Positions 51,420 to 64,000 of a stretch of DNA of 64,000 nt are shown here, piece after piece. Source of the stretch: Utricularia gibba (lineage: Eukaryota; Plantae; Magnoliophyta); the NCBI GenBank assembly GCA_002189035.1, contig NEEC01000007.1, positions 682,001 through 746,000 of the forward strand, given 5' to 3'. The notes under the pieces are model-generated. The model was not told where the DNA came from. It ran no database searches and saw nothing but the letters and a program-made list of their open reading frames with translations. Both the position numbers and the translations under genes were made by a program. Numbering within the stretch: position 1 is the stretch's first letter; each line of letters begins with the position of its first letter.

Positions 51420-51952
51420 CACACCCACAAGCTGCCGCCAGAGCCACACCCCAATTGAATCAACGGGTACAACGAGACATATATAACAAAGTTACTGATA
51501 CTCTTCGATTTCAAGCTTCAACCAAAGCAGCAACTTGCAGTAACCCCCGGTAAGAAACTAGTCCAAATCAAACAAGCACAAGATCAATCTCCAACCAGCA
51601 TGATTAATCCCACCCTCAGCTTTGTCAATATCAAAGTAGAGATTGTCAATATTTTTTAATTACGAAATTTGTTTCTTAATTTTTTTTTATTGTCAATCAC
51701 CTTCCCCCAACATATAAGCTACTATTCCGGGAAAGGTGACAATCATGCATCCCCTGTAGTTCAATGCCCTTTGAAATTTGGCAGTATCTTTGAAGGCATG
51801 GCACCAAAATCTCATCAGATCTTGCTTTTTGCCTTCTGAAATTCCCATTTCAAACCCCACCAACTCTTCCTCCTCCCTCCTCCTCCTCCCTCCTCCCTCC
51901 CTCTACTTCCTCTTCTTCTCAAACCATCAACGCACCGGCGAACTGTGAAAAA

Positions 51953-53751
51953 ATGGCGAATTCAGAATCGCAATTTCACATCCTGGCCGTTGATGACAGT
52001 TTGATCGACAGAAAGCTCATCGAATGCCTCCTAAAAACATGCTCCTTCAAAGGTAACTCAATCGTTTATTTTTTTACCTCAATTTGTCGACGCTCTCCCA
52101 CAGAATTCTTCCGTCTCTCCAACAGTAACCGCCGTTGATTCCGGTAGCAAAGCCTTGGAGTTCCTGGGGTGGAATCAAGATCAAGCCGAGACCTCCTCCC
52201 CCCAAAATTCTCATGTAATAAAATCACCATTTTTCTAATTTTCCTATTCCCAACGCGGTAAATATTATTTACTTACTTTCTTACTGTGTGTGGGGTCCAG
52301 GTGGATGTCAATCTCGTAATTACAGACTACTGCATGCCAGGGATGTCTGGGTACGATCTACTCAAGAAACTGAAGGTACCGCAACTTGCTCCCAAATTAA
52401 CCCTTTAATTTATTCCTTTTCCCCTTTTTTTTCTAATTTAATAATAATTTTTTCCTAGGTTAGCTTAGGTTTTCATCTATTTTTTTTAATTTTTTTCGCA
52501 TTTGAAAGGAATTAATAAGAATAAAAGAGGATAATTTACTCGTATATTTGTGGGGTATATTTTAGGAAAATGTAATAATAATAATTATTATTATTATTTA
52601 TTATTAATATAATAAATGGGAAAAATAATAGATATTGTAAGATTTGACGTATCTAGCGAGGATTGTATGTGAAGATATGGGGGCCCGCCTGTCGCACTTT
52701 GACATGAATGAGAATCAAGGCCAGATCTTGGGTGGGGCATTTTGGTACTTTTAATTTTAAATAAAACTATAATATTCTTGTTTAAATTTATATATTTTAT
52801 TTAAAATAGTCATTTAAATTTGAAATGTATTTGATAATGTATATTTTAATTTGACATAAACACATTTATAGAAAATTTAAATTTATCCAAAATTAATTTT
52901 TTACTTATTATTAAATATTCTTATTAAATAAAATGCTCTTCAAAAGCAATTCTAAATCATCAAATATCGCCTAATAAATTTACATTTAATAACATATAGT
53001 AATTTTTATTTAATGAGAAGTGATGCATAATGTTATAAATTAATAATTAAGATAATTTATTAATTATATTTTTTTAATTTTTATTGAAGCACTAATTTAT
53101 ATCTCTATGAATTTAGATAATACTATGATACAAAAGACAATATTATTTGTTTTCAATTATTGACATTTTTTTATAATATTTTATATATTACGAAAAAACC
53201 CATTCATGTTTTTTATTTAACTAATTTTTGTGCAAATGAAAAATGATTACCAAACTAATCCTAATCACTTTCCGTTGGTAAAAAAGGTAATTTTCAATTG
53301 TTACCGCCGGTAACTTTTCTCCTCCACGCTGTTCTGACTGCCAGGAGTCGTCATGCTTGCGGGATATACCAGTGGTGGTTATGTCTTCCGAGAATGCCCC
53401 TCAAGAATCACCAGGTTTTTTTCTTTTTTTTTTTATAAAAAAATATTTTAAAATATACAGAAATTCAAGAATCACGGTGGCAGATGCTTGGAGGAGGGCG
53501 CCAAGGAATTTTTACTGAAGCCGGTCAGATTAACGGACGTTAAAAAACTGATGCATCACATCGTCAAATCAAAGCGCAAGGAATCGGAGAAGTCTCGAGA
53601 TAGTCAAGAACCCGGCCTGCTACCGGTTCACCCGGATGCCTTGGAAGACCTGAGGTCCAATTTTATCAACAAGAAGAAGAGGAAGAGTTCTTCCGATGAA
53701 CCGGATCGAGTCACCCGGGCGCGACTCGATGGCCTGACCGTTCACTCGTAG
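51953..53751 (+). CDS. ARR9: Type-A cytokinin response regulator (ARR8/9-like), 5 exons
   Basis: [56 protein letters not shown] and [14 protein letters not shown]. One C is missing in the run at 53397-53400 (ENAPSRITR frame). Orthology is approximate. Confidence 0.9.
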
Positions 53752-54874
53752 ATTATTTTTGTATCAAGTAATTTTTTTCCGGTTTGTATTTACTATTTTT
53801 AGCTACGAAGGTTGTGCTTGATTGGCTGGCCGGTTGCGTTTAAATAATTAATTTAGTTAATAAAAAGAAAAAAAGAAAATAAATTTTTAATTTTTATTAT
53901 TAATTTTAATTATTTAATATTTAAAGCCACTTGATCCCTTTGTTTTATAATTGGATTAATTTATTTTTATTTCAATTAAAAAGGAAGAGACTAGTCTTTT
54001 GAATTATGACCGTGCGACTCGTCCACACGTTTTCTAACAAAACGGCTCCCTCCGAGCGTGGGGGAAAATATTTCTTCTTTCCCGTACATACGGAATATAA
54101 ATTTTTAATAATAAAATATAAAAATAAAGAATTACTCAGGAAGTGAGAACTTCAGAACTGGAGGAAGGTTTCTAGAAGTAATCGAATTTTCATATATTTT
54201 AAAAAATAAAAATTTAGAATCTAAAGCATTTTTTTGTTTGTGAGCACTGCGGAAGGTTGACTGGAGGGATGCCGTACTGAAGAGTGATGCCGCGTGATTG
54301 TTTGGTTGCTGCAGGTAGCTTTCCACAGGCTGGTTTTCGTCCCCGAGAACGTTCGGGGGGAGTCCGAGTCCAGGTTCATACCAAGTCATCATGTTGAAAA
54401 GTAGAATTCCCAATTTCAAGGCTTCCTAGTAAACTCGTCAATTGTTTCCTCGCCAGTTCACATTTGTAATATCTGCTTATATTATTTGGGGTAAACAGAA
54501 ACCGTACTAAAGTTTTCATCTTTGCTGTTTATTCTTGGTGTCAAGTCCCTTATATACGGTGGGTGTGCTTGACTCCTTTCAATTTATGCTGGGTTTTGTG
54601 TTTTTTCTGTGGTGTGGGCATTCTTGATTGATTGGTTTCCGAAGGCTTTATCCACTATCTGTTGGGTATGATTGAGCTTTAATTTCTTCCTCTTATTCTT
54701 GGTTGATTGCATGCTTGTTTTTTGCTTCTCCCCGTCCTCCTGAAACACGTTACTCTTTAATTTTTCCGAGTTGGTTGGTTGCCAGTTCGATGGGAAAATA
54801 GAACTGTAATCTTGGACATGGCAGCTGTGAATTGCACAGAGTTCTCACAATTCGGGATGTATTTCTAGGTGAAT

Positions 54875-56925
54875 ATGACCTGTTTACCGTTCTTCTCATC
54901 CAAGGCGAGGAGATCCCATAGCGAGACAGAGAATCATGATAACGCGGATGGTTGGTGTCAGAGCTTCCTTTTTTCGTGAATCGTTGTTTGCAAAATTATT
55001 AATCATGTTTGCATTACGCATCTGCTTATTTGGATTTTAACTACTCCGTAGAGCTCTCTGGGGTGTCAAATGTTCATCTTTATTCATACAAGGAGCTGAA
55101 AGCTGCTACAGATGATTTCAGTTCGCAAAATAAAATTGGGGAGGGAGGATTTGGTCCTGTGTTTAAGGTAGTATGTTGATTCTTAACATTTATGCATGCA
55201 GAACATGCGATTCTATCATCAGGATACTGATGACAGCCTTGTTCAGTGCAGTTTTTCATGTGCGTTTAGATTTTAGATTTGATGGGGTTTCAAATTGTTC
55301 TTTGTACAATGTAAAATTCATCATGAAATCAGTTTAAAACGCTTTTTTAAAATGGCACTTTGAATGGGAAAGCGCTATATTATCTCAGATTCTGACGGTT
55401 TTGTATAACCAGGGAAAGCTGAAACATGGCAAGACGGCTGGGATTAAAGTACTATCATCTCAATCAAGGCAAGGAACCAGGGAATTTCTGACAGAGATAC
55501 AAGTTATTTCAGATGTTGAACATGAAAATCTGGTCAAGCTGTATGGTTGCTGTGTGGAAGGAGACCATAGGATTCTTGTATACGAGTATCTTGAAAATAA
55601 CAGCCTAGCTAAAACGCTCTTTGGTATGCATTTTCTTATCTCATTGCTATATAATCTTTAACTGCCTCTTCACAGGGATGTTTTAAGGTGCTGGTACCTT
55701 GTCTTGTACTCAAAAGCGAAGAGGATTTATGTGAAACATGGCTGGCTATGAACAGCGGCCGAGTATTTTTTTTTAATCCTTTATCCGTGATTTTCATGCT
55801 TCTACAGGTGACTCCTGTGATCACAGCAGCATCTTCTTCAGCTGGCCAGTGCGTGTGAATATTTGTATTGGCGTTGCCAGGGGGCTTGCTTATCTTCATG
55901 AGGAAGTCAGACCACATATTATTCATCGAGACATCAAGGCAAGCAATGTTCTTCTTGACAAATCCTTGAACCCGAAAATTTCAGATTTTGGCCTGGCGAA
56001 GCTCATCCCTCCAAACATGACTCACATCAGTACACGCGTAGCTGGAACAATGTAAGCAACCTCATTTTACAGAGCTGTTTTAGATACTTAGAAGTTGAGT
56101 TTGCGTGATTTTTTTTAGTAGTTTTTGTTTGTGATGAGGGGGAAGTAATAATAGTGTCTTGTATCATTTGCATTTTGCAGCGGCTACTTGGCACCAGAAT
56201 ATGCATTAAGAGGTCAGGTTACACGACGATCAGACATCTACAGCTTTGGGGTTCTTCTGATTGAAATAGTGAGTGGAAGAAGCAACATCAACAGAAGACT
56301 ACCCAGCGAAGAGCAGTATATTCTTGAAAGGGTATGCTTGTTGCTTCATTTAGATTCTTCAACAGCCAATAGCTTGCTGTTTACTTGGATTTCCACGTCT
56401 CTGGTAGCAATAAGTTGGGACTTCCCTTTCTTGCATCCTTATGCACACCAATTGCTAAACTTCCTTAAATATCCTGCATCCTTTCAACATACTGTGTCTT
56501 AACTCTTAGTGCCACTATTACTTGGAGATGTCTGAAAATTGGATCGTGTTGCTATTCTTGTTTTCACCCAGGCGTGGAATCTTTATCAGAGGAATGAGCT
56601 GGTGCTGCTTGTGGACACATCCCTGAACGGTGATTTTGATGCCGAAAAGGCTTGCAGGTTCCTTAAGATAGGCCTGCTCTGCACTCAGGATGATCCTAGG
56701 CTCCGGCCCTCCATGTCGAACGTCGTCAAGATGCTCACCGGAGCAAAACAATTTGACGAAAACAAGATAACAGCGCCAGGCTTGATCAATGACTTCATGG
56801 AGGTGAAAATAATTGGCGACGATGTTTCTCAGGCTGCGTTGCCAAACACCAGCAGCTGGGATTCCTCTGCGAACACCACAGAGACTCGAGCTTCTACTGC
56901 TGGTTGTGAGCAGAGTTCATTGTAG
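54875..56925 (+). CDS. CRPK1: Cold-responsive protein kinase 1-like receptor-like cytoplasmic kinase, 6 coding exons
   Basis: MTCLPFF start, [59 protein letters not shown] and RPSMS. In frame throughout. Confidence 0.9.
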
Positions 56926-58415
56926 AGGACGTTATGCTCTTCGAGGAAAATTGTGGGTTGTAAAAAGGTGTATACAGTTTGGCTTTTTTGTACTGAGTGA
57001 TTGAGTTGCATAGAGAAGTTGAACTATCAAGGGGATCAAGACTCCCAAGTGCATTGCATACAAATTTCTTTTCACACAAACCAATGGATCAGCCTATTCA
57101 TGTGTGACAACTTTCAAATATCACGACTCATTCTTGTTTTATATGATATTATTCATTTCGTATATTCAATCCTTATAATTTTACATTTTATTATCAAATA
57201 TCATATAAGATTAATAATATTCTTTTATTTAAGCATATACTCACTCCATCTATAATCTATATATGATATCATCACTTAATCTATATTCTTACATTCTTTT
57301 ATTCTTAGACACTTAGCCTGCCAAATCAATCAGATGATGAGTGATTTTGAAACATACCCATTGTTAAAATAATGTGTGAAAAAATTACTCATTATGTATG
57401 TAATTTTTTGTATTTAATATGTAAGAGAGAAATCAACGGTAATTATTTTATAAACGACTCACTAGCCGACTTATTCTGTCATCATTGTCAATATTTAGAA
57501 TCATTAGTATTTTAAATTATGAAAAAATATTTAATATTTATGAAGAAAATATTAAATTCCATTGAATAGTAATTAAATTAAAATTTAAATATAATTCATT
57601 TTTATTTAAAATATTTAAAATTTAATTTAACTTATATATGAACGATTATTAATTTAAAACGATTCAATCGTGATTGAATTCATACACAAAATAAATGCAT
57701 GAGAACAAGACATGAAATTTGGATGTTTTGTGGTGGGCTTTGAAATTGTAACTGATTTGATTGGGCCGGCCCACTGAATGTTTCATGGTCTAGCGCGTGA
57801 ACACACTCTCCGACAAGCGCGTTGGTAGAGACTAAAAGATAAATGGGGAACCTTTTGTTGCAGGTGGGTGGAATGCTATTCTTCCACGTAAAGGAGAAAT
57901 TGGGGTTTTAGACTCTTTTTTGTGCTTCGTCGTCTTCTTCTTCTTCATTTTGCAGAACCAAACTTACGAACAACAGCCGTTTGAACTGATGGATCCGTCA
58001 CCGGGGACTTGTAATCGATTCCTAGATTGCCAAAGATGTGCCTTAATTTTGCAAAGTCTTCGTACAAACATATAGTCCAGTGAATTCTGTTGGCTGTATT
58101 CGATTATAGCTTGAAATTGAACTTTTTCTCCGGAGGACGGATGGTATTGTTTGGATTTGCAATTGAATTGATATTTGACAACTGACAACAGGATCTGAAA
58201 GACCGAAACCCTAAAATTCAGATCCGGACTTCCACAAGGTAACCGTCCCCATTTTGAGCAGAATTAGAAATTTTGGCTTGGAAATCGCCAGATCTACATC
58301 TGAAGTGATTTGCTGTTGCGTAATTGTCTGTAGGGCTGTGCAAGTTGAGTACTTTCCAGTTGCTGATCGAAATTCTCTAAGCATCTGCATAATATTTATT
58401 CGAAGATTAATTAAA

Positions 58416-61159
58416 ATGCATGCAAAGCACAGAAATGCACCAGGGAATGGTTACAGGGGAAATGCAATGGGGGTGAGCAGCATTGCTGGTTCCTCCAGAA
58501 GCTCTTATGAAGGTCCAATCCGGGGTCATAGGATGTATAATCCTGAGTACAGGAACTACAATCGTGGCGGTTATGGTCGTGGTGGCCACTCTAAACATTT
58601 TCAGCACCAAATACAACCTCCAAGAGAGGCAGACATTATAATGGAAGCCGGAAGGTTAGCTGCTGAGTATTTGGTTTCTAAGGAGTTGCTGTCTCCAGCT
58701 GCACTTTCTGGGAAATACAGTGATGCCTTGGATAACCAGTTTGGAAATTTCGAGATTAGACCACAAAAACTTGAAGTTTCTGATGGTCGTGTGTCAGTTC
58801 ATTCTCGTCTTGGGAATTCTCTTTCGAGTTTTGGACAAGGTAGGAGAAGGTATCCTGATGAATACATTTCATTAGGTTCAAGGAGTTCTATGAAAGGAAG
58901 AAAAAAAGCTGAATCTATGAAAATTAATGCGGCAGATTTCAACAGAAATTTTAAGCGAACTGGATCATTGAACAGTAATAGGACTTCGTCATACATTGAG
59001 GGTGATGCTAATGCTTCCAACGGGCACGATGAGGAACAAACTGCAGCTGAAGATCTTAATAGTGGTGTGCAAAATTCATCACTTGTGGAAGCTAACCGAG
59101 AAGCTGATTTTGGTAAGAAATTAGATAATGCTGATGCAAAACATAGTTCTTCCAGTAATGAGGTTTCTAAGGCATCGGATGTTGAAGGGCTAGTTATGAA
59201 GGAGCTTCATGATGTTGACAAAGTTGGTGATAACAAAGAAGCAAGCGGAAGGCTGGATGATGATATGCACCAAAAGTGCCATGAGAATGAGGAGATCAAA
59301 GATATGCACCAAAAGTGCGATGAGGTTGAGAAGGTCAGAGCTTTCTCTGGGGAGACTGGTGTGGCCAATAAGGATCCTGTTGATTTATTAAAGCACTGCA
59401 AATTCATTAACTTGCCAACAAGACCGCGCTCCTCATTGACAATTAAAGGTTCAAGGAGCACCCGAAATTCCACTAATGATGAAAAAGATAATTCAAGAAT
59501 CGAACGTTTGGAAGGTTCGAGTGTTCATGTTATGGATGTTGATACTGGTAGTTCAGTCTGTAATGATTCTTCTGGTCAGAAAAATGAGTTCAAAGCCCTT
59601 CAATTACATGTTACAGACTCTCCTTCCGTGGAGAATAATGTGAGCCTGCACTCCACGAAGATACCTGGAGAATCTTCAAAGTCTGTATCTAGAGAGCAGG
59701 AAATAGATGATAGCGTGTCTAGTTTTGGAACATCAACCTCCGTGCAGATTGAGAGTGGCAAAAAGCGTTCAGTAGATGGTGATGTTGATGATATTGAGGA
59801 CACCAAAAAATTTAGACCATGGGTCCTTCCAGTGGAAATCCAGTATGATTGTATGTCCCAAGTTTCTACCTCGTTGGATAACCAGGCAATGGTACAAGCG
59901 CCTGGAACTTCTCAACACGCTCTGTCAATTCCATCTTATGATGAGAGCTGTCTAGCTATATCTCTATCACCGAAGGTCCATAGTGGTATTCAGGTCATGG
60001 AAGAGAAGGATTTGTTTCCTTCCTCATTTAAGACGTGTGATTTAAATCTCAGTGGCAGTCATGAAGCTGATTCTCTGCCTGTTTTTCCGTCAACCAAGCA
60101 AGCTGAAAAAGTGTCTCTACCTATTGATATTGATTTGTCCATCAGTAATACCTGTAATCTGGCTGCTTCAAATGGTAAAAATGTTGTCAGCGAAAACAGC
60201 ATAGAGATTCTTGATCTAGAAAAGGGCTCTGCAATGGAGATCCAGACCTTTGGAAACCCGGACAGAAGGTTAATATCTTGTTCAGCTTTCATACAGATGC
60301 CTTGCCTGTGATTGAATGCCTTACGTTTGGTCATCAAATTAAGAATATTTATCTTGATAAGTTGATTGCTTGTTGATTTGGGTACCCATCTTAATATTGG
60401 CTATGCAGGGGAGAAGCCTTGTTTACCGGTTTTGATGGTTTGTTCAGTAATGCCAACGTGATTTCTGATGTTCATGATGGTTTTGGTCTTATGATATCTG
60501 AATTTCTTGGGAATCAAAGTCCAAGCTGCTCTTCTGTTCCGACAGACTTGACTTCGTTGCACAATCAAATGATTCTTCCTAATCATGAGGTAATAATTCA
60601 ATCGTGCACATGGCTGCGCAATCAAATGGTTTTTCTGATTTGTTTCTCCAAGTCTACGCATTGAGAAATAAAAACTAGCTTGCATAGTAGCAGTTACTCT
60701 TGAATAACTTCCTTCCTTCATGGTCAAGTATTCGTGGATGGGCTCCTGAATACGATAGAATGATTTGTTTTCAAGAATGACACAACATTGGGACAACAAG
60801 ATTGTCATTTTTCCTTTATTATTTGACTGAAACAGTTGTAATGTTTCTTACAGGGGATTCTTGCTGATGATGACTCTATTTATATGTCACTGGGAGAGAT
60901 ACCAATAAGTATGCCTTAATCTTCCGTCCCTTCTGATTAATTTCAATATTTTTCTTTGAATTTTGTTGACGAGCATTCAAATTGGTTCGTGATGAGTACA
61001 TAGTCTCATTCTCCATTTGAACGTGTAGTTGCATACATCTTGTGCTTGCTGTCAGATTAATACATAGTTCTTGTTTTCAACTTGCTTGTTGCTGGTTCTT
61101 TCTCAGGCTTCTTAGGGCCATGGGAACCTCCTGCCCCGGACTATGGAAAACCATTTTGA
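58416..61159 (+). CDS. Uncharacterised protein of the At4g26450-like family, 4 coding exons
   Basis: MHAKHR..GNGYR, DIIMEAGRLAAEYLVS, DLLKHCKFINLPTRPRSSL, DLNL, DDDSIYMSLGEIP and YGKPF*. Exons begin at 58416, 60409, 60855 and 61108. Confidence 0.8.
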
Positions 61160-63259
61160 GCTTCCCGGCAATCTCCTGCCTTGCAAGTTTGAAATTTAGA
61201 TTATTTCATGTGTTGATTGTAACTCGTGCACAGGCAGACTGACATGAGCAGCTTCTTCCATGCATGACCCTTGCCTTTAGATGACAACCTTCTTACATGG
61301 GGGAATAGAAGGATATCATTTGAACCGCTTTATTCTCTTCTTTATCACAACAGTTCATGATAGATTTCCCAATTTCTGTTCATCTTTTAATGCAGTAGAT
61401 TTAATCTTTTACTACAATACAGAACATTAGCACACCTTTGCAACACAGAAAAGAACCCATCTTTGTCATCTACACATGATCAACTCAACCAGAGAGAGAG
61501 GGCCATCTGGCTCCCTGGTTTTTCTATAGCAACTATCTAGCAGCACAGATAGCAAGGGAAGATCTTGACCGTCAGATGCTTTCTGAATGATTGGATAGCA
61601 AGTTGTTGAGATGATGAATGAAACCAAGAGCTGGAGTGTTAGGTTTACAGCCAGTCCTCCCGCTACACACTGATTGAGGAGAACAGATAGCAGCAGCAGG
61701 CACCCCATTTGTGTAGTTTTGTGGTTGATGGTTTTGTGATTAGATTTCAATGGATCTGTGTGGGGCTGAACAATTGAATACTCTGGTTATGGTGTGACAT
61801 CTGATCAGTGTTTTAAAACCCCAGATTCGATCTACTTCAATTTAAATTCATGATTTTTTAGGTAGATTTAATCATTTTTATAAAAAATATTTAATTTATA
61901 TAATTAATTTGGATGATTTAATTCGAAGATGATTAGAAGTGTCAAAAGCTTAATTACATGGTAATTATATACTAAAATATGTATTAAAAAATAGAATGGA
62001 AAATTAGGCCGATACTGTGTGAAGGCGTGAGGCAGTGGGAAAAATGAGTAATCGACACAAGGAGAAGAAAAAGTGCAGGGGAGTTGTCTCTGACTCTGAT
62101 GATGTTGTTGTTGGGTAGCGTCGACGGGGACCTAACGGGGCTTTAGCAGCGTAATTTCACGGCAATGACAAGGTCAAAACGGTGAACTCACCGGCCAATG
62201 GCGCACTGCATTGATGGCGATGCCCCGCATTTGACAAAAAGAAAAAAAAAAAAGAAACGAAATGGGAGCAAACAATGATGTAGAGAAAGAAGGTTGCAAG
62301 TGTTCAGAAAGAGGGAAAAACGGGAAGCCATACGCAACTCATCATCACTTTCACTTCATTACATGATTGAGGGTGGGATAAGAAGAAGAAGAAAAAAACA
62401 GAGTGTCTCTTGCTACTCTTCTTCTACTTGTTTATCCTGGTGAATTCTTCGTTTCTGTCGGAATCGCATATTCAGAGTCCGCTTTTTTCCAGTGGAATCT
62501 GATGCCACTTTTGATTTTGCATTTGGGTGGTGGCTGTTGGCTACTCGTTGCAAAGTACCAATCGTTGGCATGGTGACACTTTTTGGTCTCTTATCACCAT
62601 TGAAAAGAGAACATCTGTTGTTGGTTGTGTAGAGATCTCAGCACAGACAAGGGTCTGTTGAAGAACCGCTTTGTTCTTGTTTCTTTACAGTTTCTGGGTT
62701 ATTCGGTCTGGGATTTTCACTTGCTTCTGGCATCTTTTTGCCTTCTTGGGTAGTGATTTCTTGGTTTTCTTTTTTTATCCGCGTTTCTGGAACTGGGAAG
62801 TTCCATCCCAAAGCAAGTGCCCCAATTTTCTGGAGAATAGTATGTCTATCGCTACCCCAACTTTTTGCTCTGCGTTTCAGTGCTGTTTTCGACTTCCCCG
62901 GTGTCCCTTTTCTGGAGTTCGCAAGACCTCTGTTTCTTTCGTTTAAACCACATAAAATGACGACCACTGAGCTTTATGTAAGCTTCAGAATTTCATGAAT
63001 CCCTTGTTTCGCAGCTCCTAGCTCAATAGTTACACATAAAATAACGTTTCCTTTGGCTAAGATTTCATTTCTTCGGCGATATTTCCTCCATTCATTCGTA
63101 CTTTTGCTGTTTTCCAGGGTTCAACTAAACTAATGATGAGATCTTGAAGGTGGGTTTTGCTTCTGGGTCAGAGTGAAAAATTATTGATCAGGTTTTGGGG
63201 TAGGAGAAGTTCAAAGCTCTTGTGACTGTTTTCAGACAGCACAAGAGGGAAGCGAATTG

Positions 63260-64000
63260 ATGTTTACCAATGAAAACCCTCCACATAGTTCCCCATTTTA
63301 TCGTGAAAATTCACAGCCCGGTGACGATTTGTTGGAGTCAAGCAGCAATGTTGAAAACCCACTTCCTAAATTCTCCATAAGGTTGATTTCTGTACCATTT
63401 CTACTCTTTTGTTCTGTTCTCGTGGCATATTTTCTCTGGTTGTTCAGATCCAAGAACATGGGATCTTTTTCAGAGTCCAAACTTGGTTCTTGATCAACTT
63501 TCTTTGTTGAATCCTGGAAATTTATCATATCAAAGTTGTCATTTTATGCTTTTATTCTGCTAGTTAAACCTGATTACGCATCTTCTTGTTTTTCTGTGGC
63601 TAAGGAAGAGCTCATAAATGTTGCAGAGATTTTGTTTCTCAGAATCGGGTGAGAGATCTGAAGAATAACTGGCCATTCTCTCAGGAAAGCTTGCAATTTT
63701 GCTTAAAGAATGAAGTGGATGATGTACTGCCGCCTTTTCAGTCACTGGATTCTCTGAGAAATCGCGGTAAGTTGACAAAAATTGCTTCTTTAAAAGAGAA
63801 AGCTGCCGGGGTAGTGGAGAACGTTGCCTCATTTGAGCTTGAAGGAGATGAAGAATTCCCATCAAGAGCAAGAAGTATACTTGTTTCTGCCTTGAACTCA
63901 GTTTCCCCAAAAATAAATCCCGAGGAAAGGACTGAATTTGCTGTTCTAAAGAGCAACAAGAGTAGCATTCGAAGCATAGATAAGAAACGTAGATTTCCAG
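63260..64000 (+). CDS. HAPLESS8/EMF1-like protein, 5' part (runs off the window)
   Basis: MFTNENPP...LPKFSIR|DFVSQNRVRDLKNNWPFSQESLQFCLKNEVDDVLPPFQ matches the FSIRDYV...KNWPFS..LQLCL..G....LPPFQ family motif. Intron at 63382-63626. Confidence 0.75.

Noticed and set aside
54132-54419. 95-aa minus-strand ORF upstream of the kinase
   Set aside because: No recognisable motif and an AT-rich C-terminal half. Probably promoter or 5' UTR sequence.
62638-62998. Three overlapping ORFs before the HAPLESS8-like gene
   Set aside because: T-rich 5' UTR or leader-intron sequence with Phe/Ser- or Lys-biased translations.

Overview
Eukaryotic plant (eudicot) nuclear DNA. It is very gene-dense (about 20 genes in 64 kb), with short GT-AG introns and short spacers. 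This fits a miniaturised genome such as a Lentibulariaceae species, which is inference only. Genes in order: Rho GDI, PUR3/PurN, MYB-CC (PHL), ALIS/CDC50, RlmI-like methyltransferase, ZIP metal transporter, MTP9/10-type CDF transporter, NDR1/HIN1-like, CBP80/ABH1, WW-like plus zinc-ribbon (GIR1-like) protein, SAUR, CCT-motif protein, BOI/BRG RING E3, RPL41 (25 aa, missed by the ORF track), plastid RECA1, FAD monooxygenase, type-A response regulator, CRPK1-like kinase, an At4g26450-like protein, and the start of a HAPLESS8-like gene. Items beyond the plain annotation: (1) a miR165/166-like 21-mer in a probable decayed MIR166 foldback, or a target mimic on the other strand; (2) a 117-bp Helitron-like element that places a double G-box next to the ZIP TATA box; (3) intron-containing gene relics (plastid Iojap, CRWN/NMCP); (4) a perfect 4 x 46-bp intronic minisatellite in CBP80; (5) five otherwise intact genes broken by small deletions in G/C homopolymers, most likely assembly errors. 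No CRISPR array, rRNA, tRNA or autonomous transposon was recognised. Family assignments come from motifs recalled by eye, not from database searches.
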